NCBI GenBank assembly: GCA_963850735.1
Contig: CAWKMK010000006.1
Location: forward strand, 26,800-90,799
Direction of reading: 5' to 3'
Length of the DNA: 64,000 bases
Source of the DNA: an uncultured Actinomycetes bacterium
GTDB taxonomy: Bacteria; Actinomycetota; Thermoleophilia; Solirubrobacterales; 70-9
Shown here: positions 20,579 through 32,870 of the stretch, in pieces
Layout: each line of letters opens with the position of its first letter
Position numbering within the stretch: position 1 is the stretch's first letter
Program-made: the position numbers and the translations under genes
The notes under the pieces: model-generated
Told to the model about the DNA's origin: nothing
The model's input: the letters and a program-made list of their open reading frames with translations, nothing else
The model's database searches: none

Positions 20579-21275
20579 TCAGGCCGCCTGTTGCAGCCAG
20601 TGTGTCGGGCTCTCGGCCTCGAGTATCCAAGGGACGTCGCGGCAGCGGTCGAGGAGGGGCTGGAAGAGCGCATCGTGCTCGGGGAGCACCGGCACGTGCT
20701 TGCCGTTTTGCAGTGAGCTGAGGTGGACGTGTCGAAGGCGGCCGCTGAAGCGATCCAGCAGTTCGCCGCCTACCTCCATCGTCGGGTCGATTGACCACGC
20801 GTGGGCGATGTCGAAGCAGAAGCCGGCATCCGGCAGCTCCGCGAATACCGGTGCGCAGCTCATCGGCGGTGCGCCCGGCCTGCTTGCGGCTGTCCATGTT
20901 CTCGATCACCAAACGACTTCCGAGCGAGCGGTACAGCCGGGAGTCGTCGATGGTGTCGGGGTGGGCGACGATTGCGCTGACCTCTGGGGGTAGCGCCAGC
21001 AACCAGTCGACCATCTCGCCCTCCTCCACCTCGAGGTGCTTGACGGGCGCGTGGACGCTGAGATACCGGAAGGGAAGCGGGTCGGCATCGACGAGGAAGT
21101 TGCGAAGTCCCTCCAGCTCCGGCTCCGAGAGGGCCGCGAGCTCGGTGGCGAAGGTGGAGGTGTGCTCGACCGCGTCCACAAGTCCCTGCCAGTCGCCCCG
21201 CAAATGGGTCAGGTAACCGGTTGAGGCGCCGATCGGATGGTGCCTGGCCAGCGGGCTGTAGACGGTCGGAACCAT
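20579..21275 (-). CDS. Xylose-isomerase-like TIM-barrel (AP_endonuc_2 / sugar phosphate isomerase family) protein, one frameshift
   Basis: The N-terminal part runs from ATG 21275 (…LSVHAPVKHL…VIENMDSRKQAGRTADEL). It continues in ORF 20579..20863 (APVFAELPDAGFCFDIAHAW…RHVHLSS). A single frame change falls near 20850-20862. Confidence 0.6.
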
Positions 21276-21366
21276 GGCCACTGACACTAGAGGTGGCCGA
21301 GGCGGTAGGGCCACAGTGGCGGTTGGCTAGGGTGATTCCAAGTCCCAAATCAGGAAGTGAGGAGCC

Positions 21367-22212
21367 ATGGACATCGCGATCGGTCTTCCCAACGCAGTGC
21401 CGGGAACCACGGGTGAGCAGTTGACGGAGTGGGCGCGACGGGCCGAGGCCCGCGGCTTCTCCAGTCTCGGCACGATCGACCGCATCGCCTACCCCAACCT
21501 GGAGCCGCTGGTCGCGCTCGCCGCCGCCGCGGCGGTGACCGAGCGGATCGGCCTCGCGACCACGGTCCTGCTCGGGCCGCTGCGGCGCAACCCGGTGGCC
21601 TTGGCCAAGCAGGTCGCCAGCCTTCACGCGATCTCCGGCCAGCGGATGACGCTGGGTATCGGTCTCGGCGGCCGCGACGACGACTATGCGATTGCCGAAG
21701 TCGACACGGAGACGCGGGGCAAGGACCTCGACGCGATGCTGGAGCGCATCTGGGAGGTCTGGAAGGGGGATGAGATGGGGCCCGATACCGCCTCGTATCC
21801 GCGCGTCCTCGTCGGCGGCTCGGTCGAGGCCTCCTTCAAGCGCGCCGCCCGCTTCGCCGACGGCTGGATCGCCGCCGGGGCGCCCCCGCAGATGTTCGCC
21901 GAGTGGCGGGCGGACTTCGAGAAGGCGTGGTCGGAGTCGGACCGCAGCGAGGCTTCGCAGAATGCCGCCCTGGCCTACTTCTCGCTCGGCGACCGCGCCG
22001 AGGAGGACGCCAAGGCCTACCTGACCGACTACTACGCCTGGCTCGGCGAGGACGTCGCCAACTTCATCGCCGACTCGGCGGCCAAGGACGCCGAGGCCGT
22101 CCAGGGCGCGATCACCGCTTTCTCCGATGCCGGCTGCCAGGAGCTTTTCCTCTTCCCGAGCTCCAGCGACCCGGCGCAGGTCGATCTGCTGGCCGACGCC
22201 GCGGGGCTGTAG
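21367..22212 (+). CDS. LLM-class (luciferase-like) flavin/F420-dependent oxidoreductase
   Basis: 281 aa, intact, with family-typical sequence (GFSSLGTIDRIAYPNLEPLVALAAAAAVTERIGLATTVL, LGIGLGGR). Confidence 0.8.
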   Translation: MDIAIGLPNAVPGTTGEQLTEWARRAEARGFSSLGTIDRIAYPNLEPLVALAAAAAVTERIGLATTVLLGPLRRNPVALAKQVASLHAISGQRMTLGIGLGGRDDDYAIAEVDTETRGKDLDAMLERIWEVWKGDEMGPDTASYPRVLVGGSVEASFKRAARFADGWIAAGAPPQMFAEWRADFEKAWSESDRSEASQNAALAYFSLGDRAEEDAKAYLTDYYAWLGEDVANFIADSAAKDAEAVQGAITAFSDAGCQELFLFPSSSDPAQVDLLADAAGL

Positions 22213-22233
22213 CGCCATAGGCTCGGCCGCGAG

Positions 22234-22812
22234 ATGGCCGAGGAGCTGCCGATCCGACTCTTCGCCGACCCCGGCGAGCTGGAGGCCTGGCTGGAGGAGA
22301 GCCACGGCTCCTCCGCCGGCGTCTGGCTGAAGATCGCCAAGAAGGGATCGGGGGAGCGCAGCGTCACCTACGCCGAGGCGCTCGAGCTGGCGCTCTGCTT
22401 CGGCTGGATCGACAGCCAGAAGCGCGGCTTCGACGCGGCGTTCTTCCTGCAGCGGTTCACCCCGCGCCGGCCCCGCGGGCGCTGGTCGAAGATCAACCGC
22501 GAGAAGGCCGAAGCGCTGATCCAGGCCGAGCAGTTGCGCCCGGCCGGTCTGGCCGAGGTGGAGACGGCGAAAGCCGACGGCCGTTGGGAGGCTGCCTACG
22601 CGGGTCAGCGCACCGCCGAGGTGCCCGACGACCTGCAGCGCGAGCTCGACGCCAACCCGGCCGCCCGCGAGTTCTTCGAGCTTCTCGACGGCGCCAATCG
22701 CTACGCGATCCTCTATCGGCTGGACGAGGCGAAGAAGCCGGAGACGCGGGAGCGCCGCCTGCGGAAATTCGTCGCCATGTTGGAACGCGGGGAAAAGATC
22801 CACGGTCCCTAG
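22234..22812 (+). CDS. YdeI/OmpD-associated family protein
   Basis: 192 aa: FADPGELEAWLEESH...GVWLKIAKKGSG...SVTYAEALELALCFGWIDSQKR and a C-terminal YRLDEAKKPETRERR. Confidence 0.75.
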   Translation: MAEELPIRLFADPGELEAWLEESHGSSAGVWLKIAKKGSGERSVTYAEALELALCFGWIDSQKRGFDAAFFLQRFTPRRPRGRWSKINREKAEALIQAEQLRPAGLAEVETAKADGRWEAAYAGQRTAEVPDDLQRELDANPAAREFFELLDGANRYAILYRLDEAKKPETRERRLRKFVAMLERGEKIHGP

Positions 22813-22821
22813 ACTCGGACC

Positions 22822-23802
<981 letters not shown>

Positions 23803-23894
23803 ATCCGCAGAAGTCCCTATTCCGTCACGAAATCGGCCCAATAATTCTTCAATAGCGTCTTGTTCCGTCACAGACGAAACATTACGTTAGGATC

Positions 23895-24347
23895 ATGCCG
23901 ACGATGGAGATGGAGAGCAGATCGACCGACAAGAGGATCGATGACCTCAACGCTCGGATGTCGGAAGGCTTCCAGCGCGTCCACCGGGAGATCGACGGAC
24001 TCGACCAGCGGATGACCGAAGGCTTCAAACGGGTCGACGGCGAGATCCATCGCCTCGACAAGCGGGTGACCGAGGGCTTCAAGCGGGTGGACCGGGACAT
24101 TGCAGGACTCGACAAGCGGATGACCGAAGGCTTCAAGCGGGTGGACCGGGAGATCGACGGACTCGACCAGCGGATGACCGAAGGCTTCAAGCGGGTCGAC
24201 GGGGACATCCGCGAACTTCGTGGCGACATCAAATCGATCGACACCCGGTTCGATGCAATGCATCGGACGATGATGCGCGGCTTCTTCGCCATCGGTGGCA
24301 TCACCGTGACCCTCTTCCTCGCGCTGGCCGGGCTTCAGGGGCTCTAA
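23895..24347 (+). CDS. Tail-anchored coiled-coil-like repeat protein (18-aa repeats plus a C-terminal TM helix)
   Basis: 150 aa. Five 18-aa units of the form R-x-I-x-x-L-D-x-R-M-T-E-G-F-K-R-V-D, then FFAIGGITVTLFLALAGL. The region is AT-richer. Confidence 0.65.
   Translation: MPTMEMESRSTDKRIDDLNARMSEGFQRVHREIDGLDQRMTEGFKRVDGEIHRLDKRVTEGFKRVDRDIAGLDKRMTEGFKRVDREIDGLDQRMTEGFKRVDGDIRELRGDIKSIDTRFDAMHRTMMRGFFAIGGITVTLFLALAGLQGL
23931..24200 (+). repeat. Five tandem copies of a 54-bp coding repeat (a sixth degenerate copy reaches ~24254)
   Basis: Units start at 23931, 23985, 24039, 24093 and 24147. Units 2 and 5 differ by 1 nt (aaa/aag). Confidence 0.9.
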
Positions 24348-24395
24348 CTCACGGGTCTGACAGAAACTGGCCAGCCAGCCAGTTACGATGCCGGC

Positions 24396-25833
24396 ATGGC
24401 AACGGTCGACACCACGGCGCCCGTCGAGCGGCCGCCGGAGATGTCCGGCAACCCGGTCCGCCGGGTGGTCGAGGATCTCGTCGACGAGTGGCGGGGGAGG
24501 GGGAAGTTCCCACCGGGCGTGACCGACTTCAGCCTCGCCCGCACCCACCAGATCGCCCACGACCCGCTGCCGCTGCTGCTCGGCGCCTACGAAGAGTTCG
24601 GGCCGATCTTCAGCATGCGGCTGCTGCACACCCGGGTCATCTTCATGCTCGGCCCGGAGGCCAACAACTTCGTCACCGTCGCCCACCCGGAGAACTTCCA
24701 CTGGCGCGAGTCGAGCTTCGGCGACCTGATCCCGCTGCTCGGCGACGGCCTGCTCACCGTCGACGAGGACTACCACGACCGCGCCCGGGCGATCATGATG
24801 CCCGCCTTCCACCGCGAGCAGATCGTCGCCGCGACCGAGGCGATGACGATCGAGGCCGACGCGGCGATCGACGCCCTGCCGGTCGGCGAGGTGGTCGACG
24901 TCTACGAGTGGATGCGCAACCTGGCGATGCGGATCGCGATGCGGGCGCTGCTCGGCCTCGACCCCGACGAGGCCGGCAAGGGCGCCGCCGCGGCCGAGCA
25001 CTTCGAGCGCGCGCTCGGGTACTACGGGATCGACTTCGCCCTGCGCCTGCTGCGCGGCCCGGGCTCGCCCTGGCGCAAGATGAACCGCTCGCGCGAGGTC
25101 CTCGACGAGATCGTCTTCGGCGAGATCTCCCGCCGCCGCGCCCACCCGGACCCCGGCCGCAGCGACATCCTCAGCCTCCTGGTCGGCGCCCGCGGCGACG
25201 GCGGCGAGGAATTCAGCGACCGCGAGATCCGCGACCAGGTGATGACCCTGATGTTCGCCGGCCACGACACCTCGACCTCGACCCTGACCTTCATGCTGCA
25301 CGAGCTGGCGCGCCACCCCGAGGTGACCCGGCGCTTGCACGAGGAGCAGGACCGCGGTGCTGGGGAGCGGCGCCCCGAGCGCGATGCAGCTCGAAAAAGA
25401 GATGCCCTACCTCGACATGGTCCTGGACGAGGTCCTGCGCCTCTACCCGCCGGCCTGGATCGGCCCCCGCCGGGCCGTCCGCGAGTTCGAGTTCGGCGGC
25501 TACACGGTGCCGAAGGGCGCCTACGTCAACTACTGCTCCTGGGCCAGCCATCGGCTGCCGGAGGTCTTCCCCGAGCCCGAGGCCTTCATCCCCGAGCGCT
25601 TCACCCGCGAGCGCAAGGCGGCGCTGCCGCGCGGCGCCTACGTCCCCTTCGGCGGCGGCTCGCGGATCTGCATCGGCAAGCGCTTCGGCCAGACCGAGGT
25701 GAAGCTGGTGGCGACGAAGCTGCTGCAGCGCCTCCGCATCGACGCGCTGCCCGGCCGCACGGTGACGATCCGCCAGATGCCGACGCTCTCGCCGCGCGGC
25801 GGACTGCGGATGCGAGTCCTCCCCCGCCCTTAG
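24396..25833 (+). CDS. Cytochrome P450, one frame change near 25350
   Basis: ORF 24396.. has the I-helix motif MFAGHDTSTST. It continues in ORF 25357..25833 with the ExxR region (EVLRLYPP) and the heme-binding motif FGGGSRICIG. Confidence 0.88.
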
Positions 25834-26612
25834 CCGACTGCGGCGCGCTCAGCTGGCTGCCCACGCAGGTTTGCCGCCAGCTCCTTTCGCGTTTGCTCGT
25901 GGTTCGCCATCGCCCCGACAAGGGTTACGAAGGTGAATAGAAGAAGCAGCAGCGCGGCCGTTCCGCCCTTGGTCAGGTCATTCTCGAATATCAACCAAAC
26001 CAGCAGGGTGATCGCGCCGCTGGCGCCTGCGCCGCAGGCATCGATCCATTGTCGCCTGCGGTATTTGCGCACGGTCGGCCAAAGGGTGGGTGAATACATG
26101 TCCTCCCTGAGCCTGCTGGCGACCGAAGTAACCACACAGGCAGCGAGAACCTGCCATGAACCGAGGGCAAGGAACCAGTACTCGGGAACGGCCGCAGCCT
26201 TGGGTTTGGCGCCGGCCATCCCGATCACGACAAACTCGGCCACCGTCAATGCCATCGGCAGGAGAACATCAACGAGGTTGGTCCGAAGGTGCACCACGGT
26301 TTGCCCGACGAGGGCGCCGTTATAGGTGATCGCTATTGCGAGGAGCCCGACGGCGAAGAGCGGCAGTCGCTGCCACGGATAGCCCCCCGTGAGGCGGATC
26401 AGGGTGAGGCCCGCGGCCGCGAGGGTCACTCCCTTCATCACGTTGTAGAGGCCTGTGTAGTGATCCGCGCTGTGGTCTTTCAGGCGCTCCAGCGCGTCTT
26501 CACGATCGAAGCGCAATAGGAAATCGCGGCTCGAGGCCGAGCCGGCGCCGCCGATTTCCCCCTCCGGTGCCCCCTGTTGGCGGCGTCTCCAAAAGAGGAC
26601 GGAAACAGCCAC
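25830..26612 (-). CDS. Hypothetical multi-pass membrane protein in an AT-richer insert
   Basis: 3' part of listed ORF 25830..27089. I propose the GTG at 26612, which is the only start codon between the GS stop and this gene. There are about 6 hydrophobic segments. Its stop TAA shares two bases with the convergent P450 stop. Confidence 0.5.
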   Translation of the reverse strand: MAVSVLFWRRRQQGAPEGEIGGAGSASSRDFLLRFDREDALERLKDHSADHYTGLYNVMKGVTLAAAGLTLIRLTGGYPWQRLPLFAVGLLAIAITYNGALVGQTVVHLRTNLVDVLLPMALTVAEFVVIGMAGAKPKAAAVPEYWFLALGSWQVLAACVVTSVASRLREDMYSPTLWPTVRKYRRRQWIDACGAGASGAITLLVWLIFENDLTKGGTAALLLLLFTFVTLVGAMANHEQTRKELAANLRGQPAERAAVG

Positions 26613-26688
26613 CGCCAGCGTTAAGAGCCGGCTTGGTAGGCGGCGTTTTGAACCGGCGCCCGGCTCTTTCGGACCGGGCGCCGGCCAG

Positions 26689-28843
<2,155 letters not shown>

Positions 28844-28983
28844 CGCTTGGGTTGTCCCCCTAGGCGCGCGCTCGAGTCTCCCGGCGCGATTGGTTTGAAA
28901 GTCTTGGTCCCTCGAAAAGAGCACCACAGAGCCTAATAGGGCCTCCCAGATCGCGCTTTTGTACCGCCGTATAAAGCTTGGCC

Positions 28984-29757
28984 TCAGGCGCTTATCCCCA
29001 CTGTCGGCGCTCGCCTGAAGACGTGGAGGACGCCGCAGTGCTTGAAGCCGAGCTTCTCGTACAGCAGGCGCGGCCAGTCCTCGGCGTCGGCGACGATGAA
29101 GGTGACCTCGTGGCCCTCTTCGCGCGAGGCCACCAGGGCGGCGGAGATGACCGCTTTGGCGTAGCCGTTGCCGCGGGCCGAGGCCAGGGTGCCGACGTCC
29201 TCGACCTGTCCGATCCCCGGACCGCTGAGGAGGCAGCAGGCGGCGGCTGGTTGCTGCGCCGGCGCCACGAACCAGCGATCGCCGGCGGTACCGCTGAAGC
29301 GCCGGTTCATCTCCAGCAGCTGCGCGGCGGTCGCGTCGCGGTCCGGCATCTCGGGCGAGAACTCGCCGCGGATCAGCTCCCGGCGCAGGTCTTCGCACTC
29401 GGCCAAGGTGCACTCTCGGACGTCGCCGCCGGGGACGATCTCGGTCTCGCGCCAGACCATGTAGAGGTTCGTCTCCGTCTCCCAACCGGGGATGGCGGTG
29501 ATCTCCGGCGCCAGCCGCTCCCCGTCGGCTTCGTCCTTGATCGCGGCGGCGCGGTGCTCGTATCCCGCCAGGCTCTCGTCGGCCGCCGCGGCGACCTCCG
29601 CCGCGCTCATGCCCGGCCGCTCGATCAGCGCCCAGTTCGCATCCCAGGCCAGGGGCAAGGTGGGGGAGAGGAAGGCCCGTCCCCACTCGTACTCGATGAC
29701 CTCCTCGTTCGCCCGCTCGTCGATTGCGAGCTCGAAGTCCAGCAGTCGGTCGCGCAT
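28984..29757 (-). CDS. GNAT family N-acetyltransferase
   Basis: 257 aa, intact. The acetyl-CoA-binding region is VEDVGTLASARGNGYAKAVISAAL, within a C-terminal GNAT fold pattern. Confidence 0.75.
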   Translation of the reverse strand: MRDRLLDFELAIDERANEEVIEYEWGRAFLSPTLPLAWDANWALIERPGMSAAEVAAAADESLAGYEHRAAAIKDEADGERLAPEITAIPGWETETNLYMVWRETEIVPGGDVRECTLAECEDLRRELIRGEFSPEMPDRDATAAQLLEMNRRFSGTAGDRWFVAPAQQPAAACCLLSGPGIGQVEDVGTLASARGNGYAKAVISAALVASREEGHEVTFIVADAEDWPRLLYEKLGFKHCGVLHVFRRAPTVGISA

Positions 29758-29789
29758 CGCGCGAGCCTAGAGGACAGTCGGCAGCGGAG

Positions 29790-30323
29790 CTAAGCGAGCG
29801 GCGTCGTGCTGAAGAGGCCGAGCGGGTGGCGCAGGCGGAAGCCGCCGGTGGGGCGCATCGCTTCGCTCCAGCCGGGGCCGGTGCGGTCGCCGTCTTCGCT
29901 GTAGGAGGTGTCCCAGCGCAGGCCGGCGATCACCGCGAAGACGTGTTCCTTGTTGGCGTAGATGCGGACCCAGCTGCCGGCGCCGCCGCCTCCCCAGCGC
30001 ATGAAGCCGGTCGAGTCGAGCGGCCATTCGAGCAGGCCGGCGGCGTGCATCACGTAGCTGACCGAGCCCGAGCAGTCGTAGCCGCGCGAGTTCCAGCTGC
30101 GGTGGCCGCCGCCCCAGACGTAGGGCCGGTGGCGGATCCGGTTGGCGGCTTCGATCATCGCCTTCACCGCCGGCGGGGCCGAGGGCGGGGCGACGGCGCG
30201 GCCGTCGCGCAGCAGGGTCGCCTGCGGCACCTCAGCCGAGGCCGGCGCAGCGAAACCGGCGAGCGCGCCGCAGCAGAGGAGCGCGCAGACGAGCGTCGTG
30301 AACAGCATCCCCTGCCTTCGCAT
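29790..30323 (-). CDS. Secreted NlpC/P60-like (C40 peptidase-like) protein
   Basis: ATG at 30323 within ORF 29790..30482. Signal peptide MRRQGMLFTTLVCALLCCGALAGFAAPASA. Motif YVWGGGHRSWNSRGYDCSGSVSYVMH. Confidence 0.7.
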   Translation of the reverse strand: MRRQGMLFTTLVCALLCCGALAGFAAPASAEVPQATLLRDGRAVAPPSAPPAVKAMIEAANRIRHRPYVWGGGHRSWNSRGYDCSGSVSYVMHAAGLLEWPLDSTGFMRWGGGGAGSWVRIYANKEHVFAVIAGLRWDTSYSEDGDRTGPGWSEAMRPTGGFRLRHPLGLFSTTPLA

Positions 30324-30357
30324 GAAGGAGCTGTATCGGCAGGCTCGCTCAGGGGAC

Positions 30358-30958
30358 TTAAGGCAGGTCCGGCGGCGTCCGGTGGCGATCAGGGCGCCCA
30401 TCAGCACCCCGAGCAGCAGGTCGCGCAGCTCCTCGCGCTCGATGTCGCGGTGCTCGATCCAGTTGAGGCAGGCGCCGTCCATGAACCAGAGCCAGCCGCT
30501 GACCGCCGTCCGCGCCTTCGGCGGCGCGCCGCCCGGGTAGAGCGCCGTCGAGGATCCGCTGCGCCGTCACCCGCCGCACCTCTTCGATCAGGTCGCGGAT
30601 CTGCCGGGACGCCGGTGGCGCTGCTGCATCAGGTTGCGGTAGGCGACGGCGTTCTCCTCGACCAGGGAGAGGAATGCGTCGAGGCTCTTGGTCAGCTGCT
30701 CGACCGGCGCCAACTCGGGATCGGGCTCGGTTCGCTCCCGTAGTCTGCTCCGCCCAGGCGCTCAGAGTCGCCTCGAAGAAGGCCTGCTTGCTGGGGAAGT
30801 AGTGGTAGAGCAGCGCCTTCGAGATCCCCACCTCGGCCGGCGATCTTGCTCATCGAGAGCTCGTCGTAGGGGTGGGCGGTGAACAGCTCGGCGCCCCGCT
30901 CGAGCAGCTGTTGACGGCGCTCGTCGACGTCGAGGCGGCGGTAGGCGGGACGGCTCAC
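30358..30958 (-). CDS. TetR family transcriptional regulator, frameshifted
   Basis: The N-terminus is in ORF 30692..30958 (RRQQLLERGAELFTAHPYDELSMSKIA). The HTH continues in 30358..30831 (GISKALLYHYFPSKQAFFEA). The C-terminal part is in a third frame (WIEHRDIEREELRDLLLGVL). The 3' end is uncertain. Confidence 0.7.
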
Positions 30959-31050
30959 GCACCCGATTGTAGCGGCTTATTGACCGAAGGTTGACAAGAT
31001 TGCTACGGTATCTGACCGACGGTCAACAAGCAATATGGGGAGTGATCTGA

Positions 31051-32777
31051 ATGAACGACGAGACGAAGTACGTGCCACCCGCCTGTCGGCATGAGCCCGA
31101 GTGGGACCCGGATGAGCCGCCGCCCTCCTACAACCCGATGTCGAGAATCGAGTTCGAGCGCCTCTTCGGCGGTCGCGTGCTCGCCTGGATCGGCGGCCTC
31201 GCGACCCTGCTCGGCATCGTCTTCTTGCTGCGCAGCGCGGTCGACAGCAGCTGGTTCACGGAGGAGATCCGCACCCTGCTGGCCGCCTTCGGCTCCCTGG
31301 TGCTGCTTCGTCGTCGGCGTCTGGCTGCACGAAAGGAAGGGGCACCTCGAGGCCGCCCGCGTGGCGGTCGCCATCGCGATCCCCGGCTTATATGCGACCG
31401 ACGGTCGTCGCCACCCAGGTCTATGAGCTGATCTCGCCCGTCCTCGGACTCGAGGCGGCGGCGCTGATCGGCGTCGTCGGGGTGGTCATCGCCGTGCGCT
31501 GGTCCTCGATGCTCGTCGGCAGCGTCGGCATGCTCGGGGCGCTGGCGGCGCCGATGCTGGTCGGCACGGCGAACCGACGGCGGCTACGATCGCCTTCGTC
31601 GCCCTGGCGCTCGCCGCCAGCGTCGGCGTTCTGCTCTGGCAGCGCTGGAACTGGCTGGCGCTCGGCGCCTTCGCCGTCTCGGCGCCCCAGTTGTTCTCCT
31701 GGATCTGGGACGGCGGGATCTTCATCACCTATCGAGGGGGTGAGCCGATCCCAGCGAGCCCGCCCTGCTCGTCTCGCGGTTCTGGTCGGGTTCTGGGTCC
31801 TCTATGCCGCTGCGGCCTTCGGCTACGAGCTGCGAAGGCGGGGCGAGGAGAAGCTTCCGGTGTCTTCCTGGCTGCTGCTTCTCTGCAGCAGCGTGTTCGT
31901 GGTCGGCACCGGCTGCATCGTCCTCGGCGGCGATTCAACGCTCGCCCTGAACGCCTGGATCTTCGGCTTCGCCGCCGCCCATCTTCTGCTCGGCGCCGCC
32001 GCGATCCGCTTCGGCATCCACCGCGAAATCGGCTCGCTGCTGATCGGCGGCGGGATCGGCCTCGGCAGCTTCGGTCTGGCCAATGCCTTCGATGGGCCCA
32101 CCTTGGTGGCCGTCTGGTCGGGCATGGCCGCAGCGCTGGCCTACATGGCGACGCGCGTGGACCGCGGTCCCGCGCCGGCCCTCTCCGATGCCCAGCGGCT
32201 GCTGATCGGGGCATTCGGGTTCCTCGGCCTCGCGATCCTGCACATGCTGGTCGTCGAGGCGCCGCCGATCGCGATCGCCGAGGGCGTCGACGATCTCGGT
32301 AGCTCGTTGGTTGCGATCGTCTGTTGCGCGGGCGCCGCGCTCGCCTGCTGGTACTGGGGCCGGGAGATCGAGCCGAAGACCGCGACGGTGGCCGGCTTCA
32401 TCGGCGCCGCCGGATTCGTCTACCTCGGCTCGGTCTCGATCATCGACGTGATCGGCGCCAACGGCAGCGGCGAAGCCCGCGAGATCGGCCAGGCCTGGCT
32501 CTCCGCCTTCTGGGCGGCGACGGGCCTCGGTGCGGTCGTCTGGGGCATGGTGCGCCACTCGCCGAAAGCCCGCCTCGGCGGCCTGGCGCTGCTGGCGGTC
32601 GCGATCGCCAAGGTCTGGACCTACGACCTCGCCGAGCTGGAAGAGCTCGCCCGAGCCCTCTCCTTCGTCGCCCTCGGCCTCCTGCTGCTGGCCGGCGCCT
32701 TCGCCTACCAGCGGTTCAAGCCGGACGAGAAGGAAGAAAGGGAGGTCGAGGCGCGGGAGCCGCAGGCCTCCGTCTAG
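31051..32777 (+). CDS. DUF2339-type multi-pass membrane protein, frameshifted
   Basis: N-terminus FERLFGGRVLAWIGGLATLLGIVFLL in ORF 31051..31431, continuing in 31392..32777. Many repeated hydrophobic helices. Confidence 0.65.
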
Positions 32778-32870
32778 GCCGAAGAGCGGGAGCCGCAGGC
32801 ATCTGTATAGCCTGCGGTTCCGCGGCCCGCGCCGCACTGTCAAGCCGAAAACCGGAGGAAACCTCAGCCA

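Noticed and set aside
23931-24254. Tandem 54-bp repeats as a possible CRISPR array
   Set aside because: The repeats are directly adjacent with no spacers and lie in frame inside a 150-aa ORF. They encode a regular 18-aa peptide repeat, and no cas genes are present.
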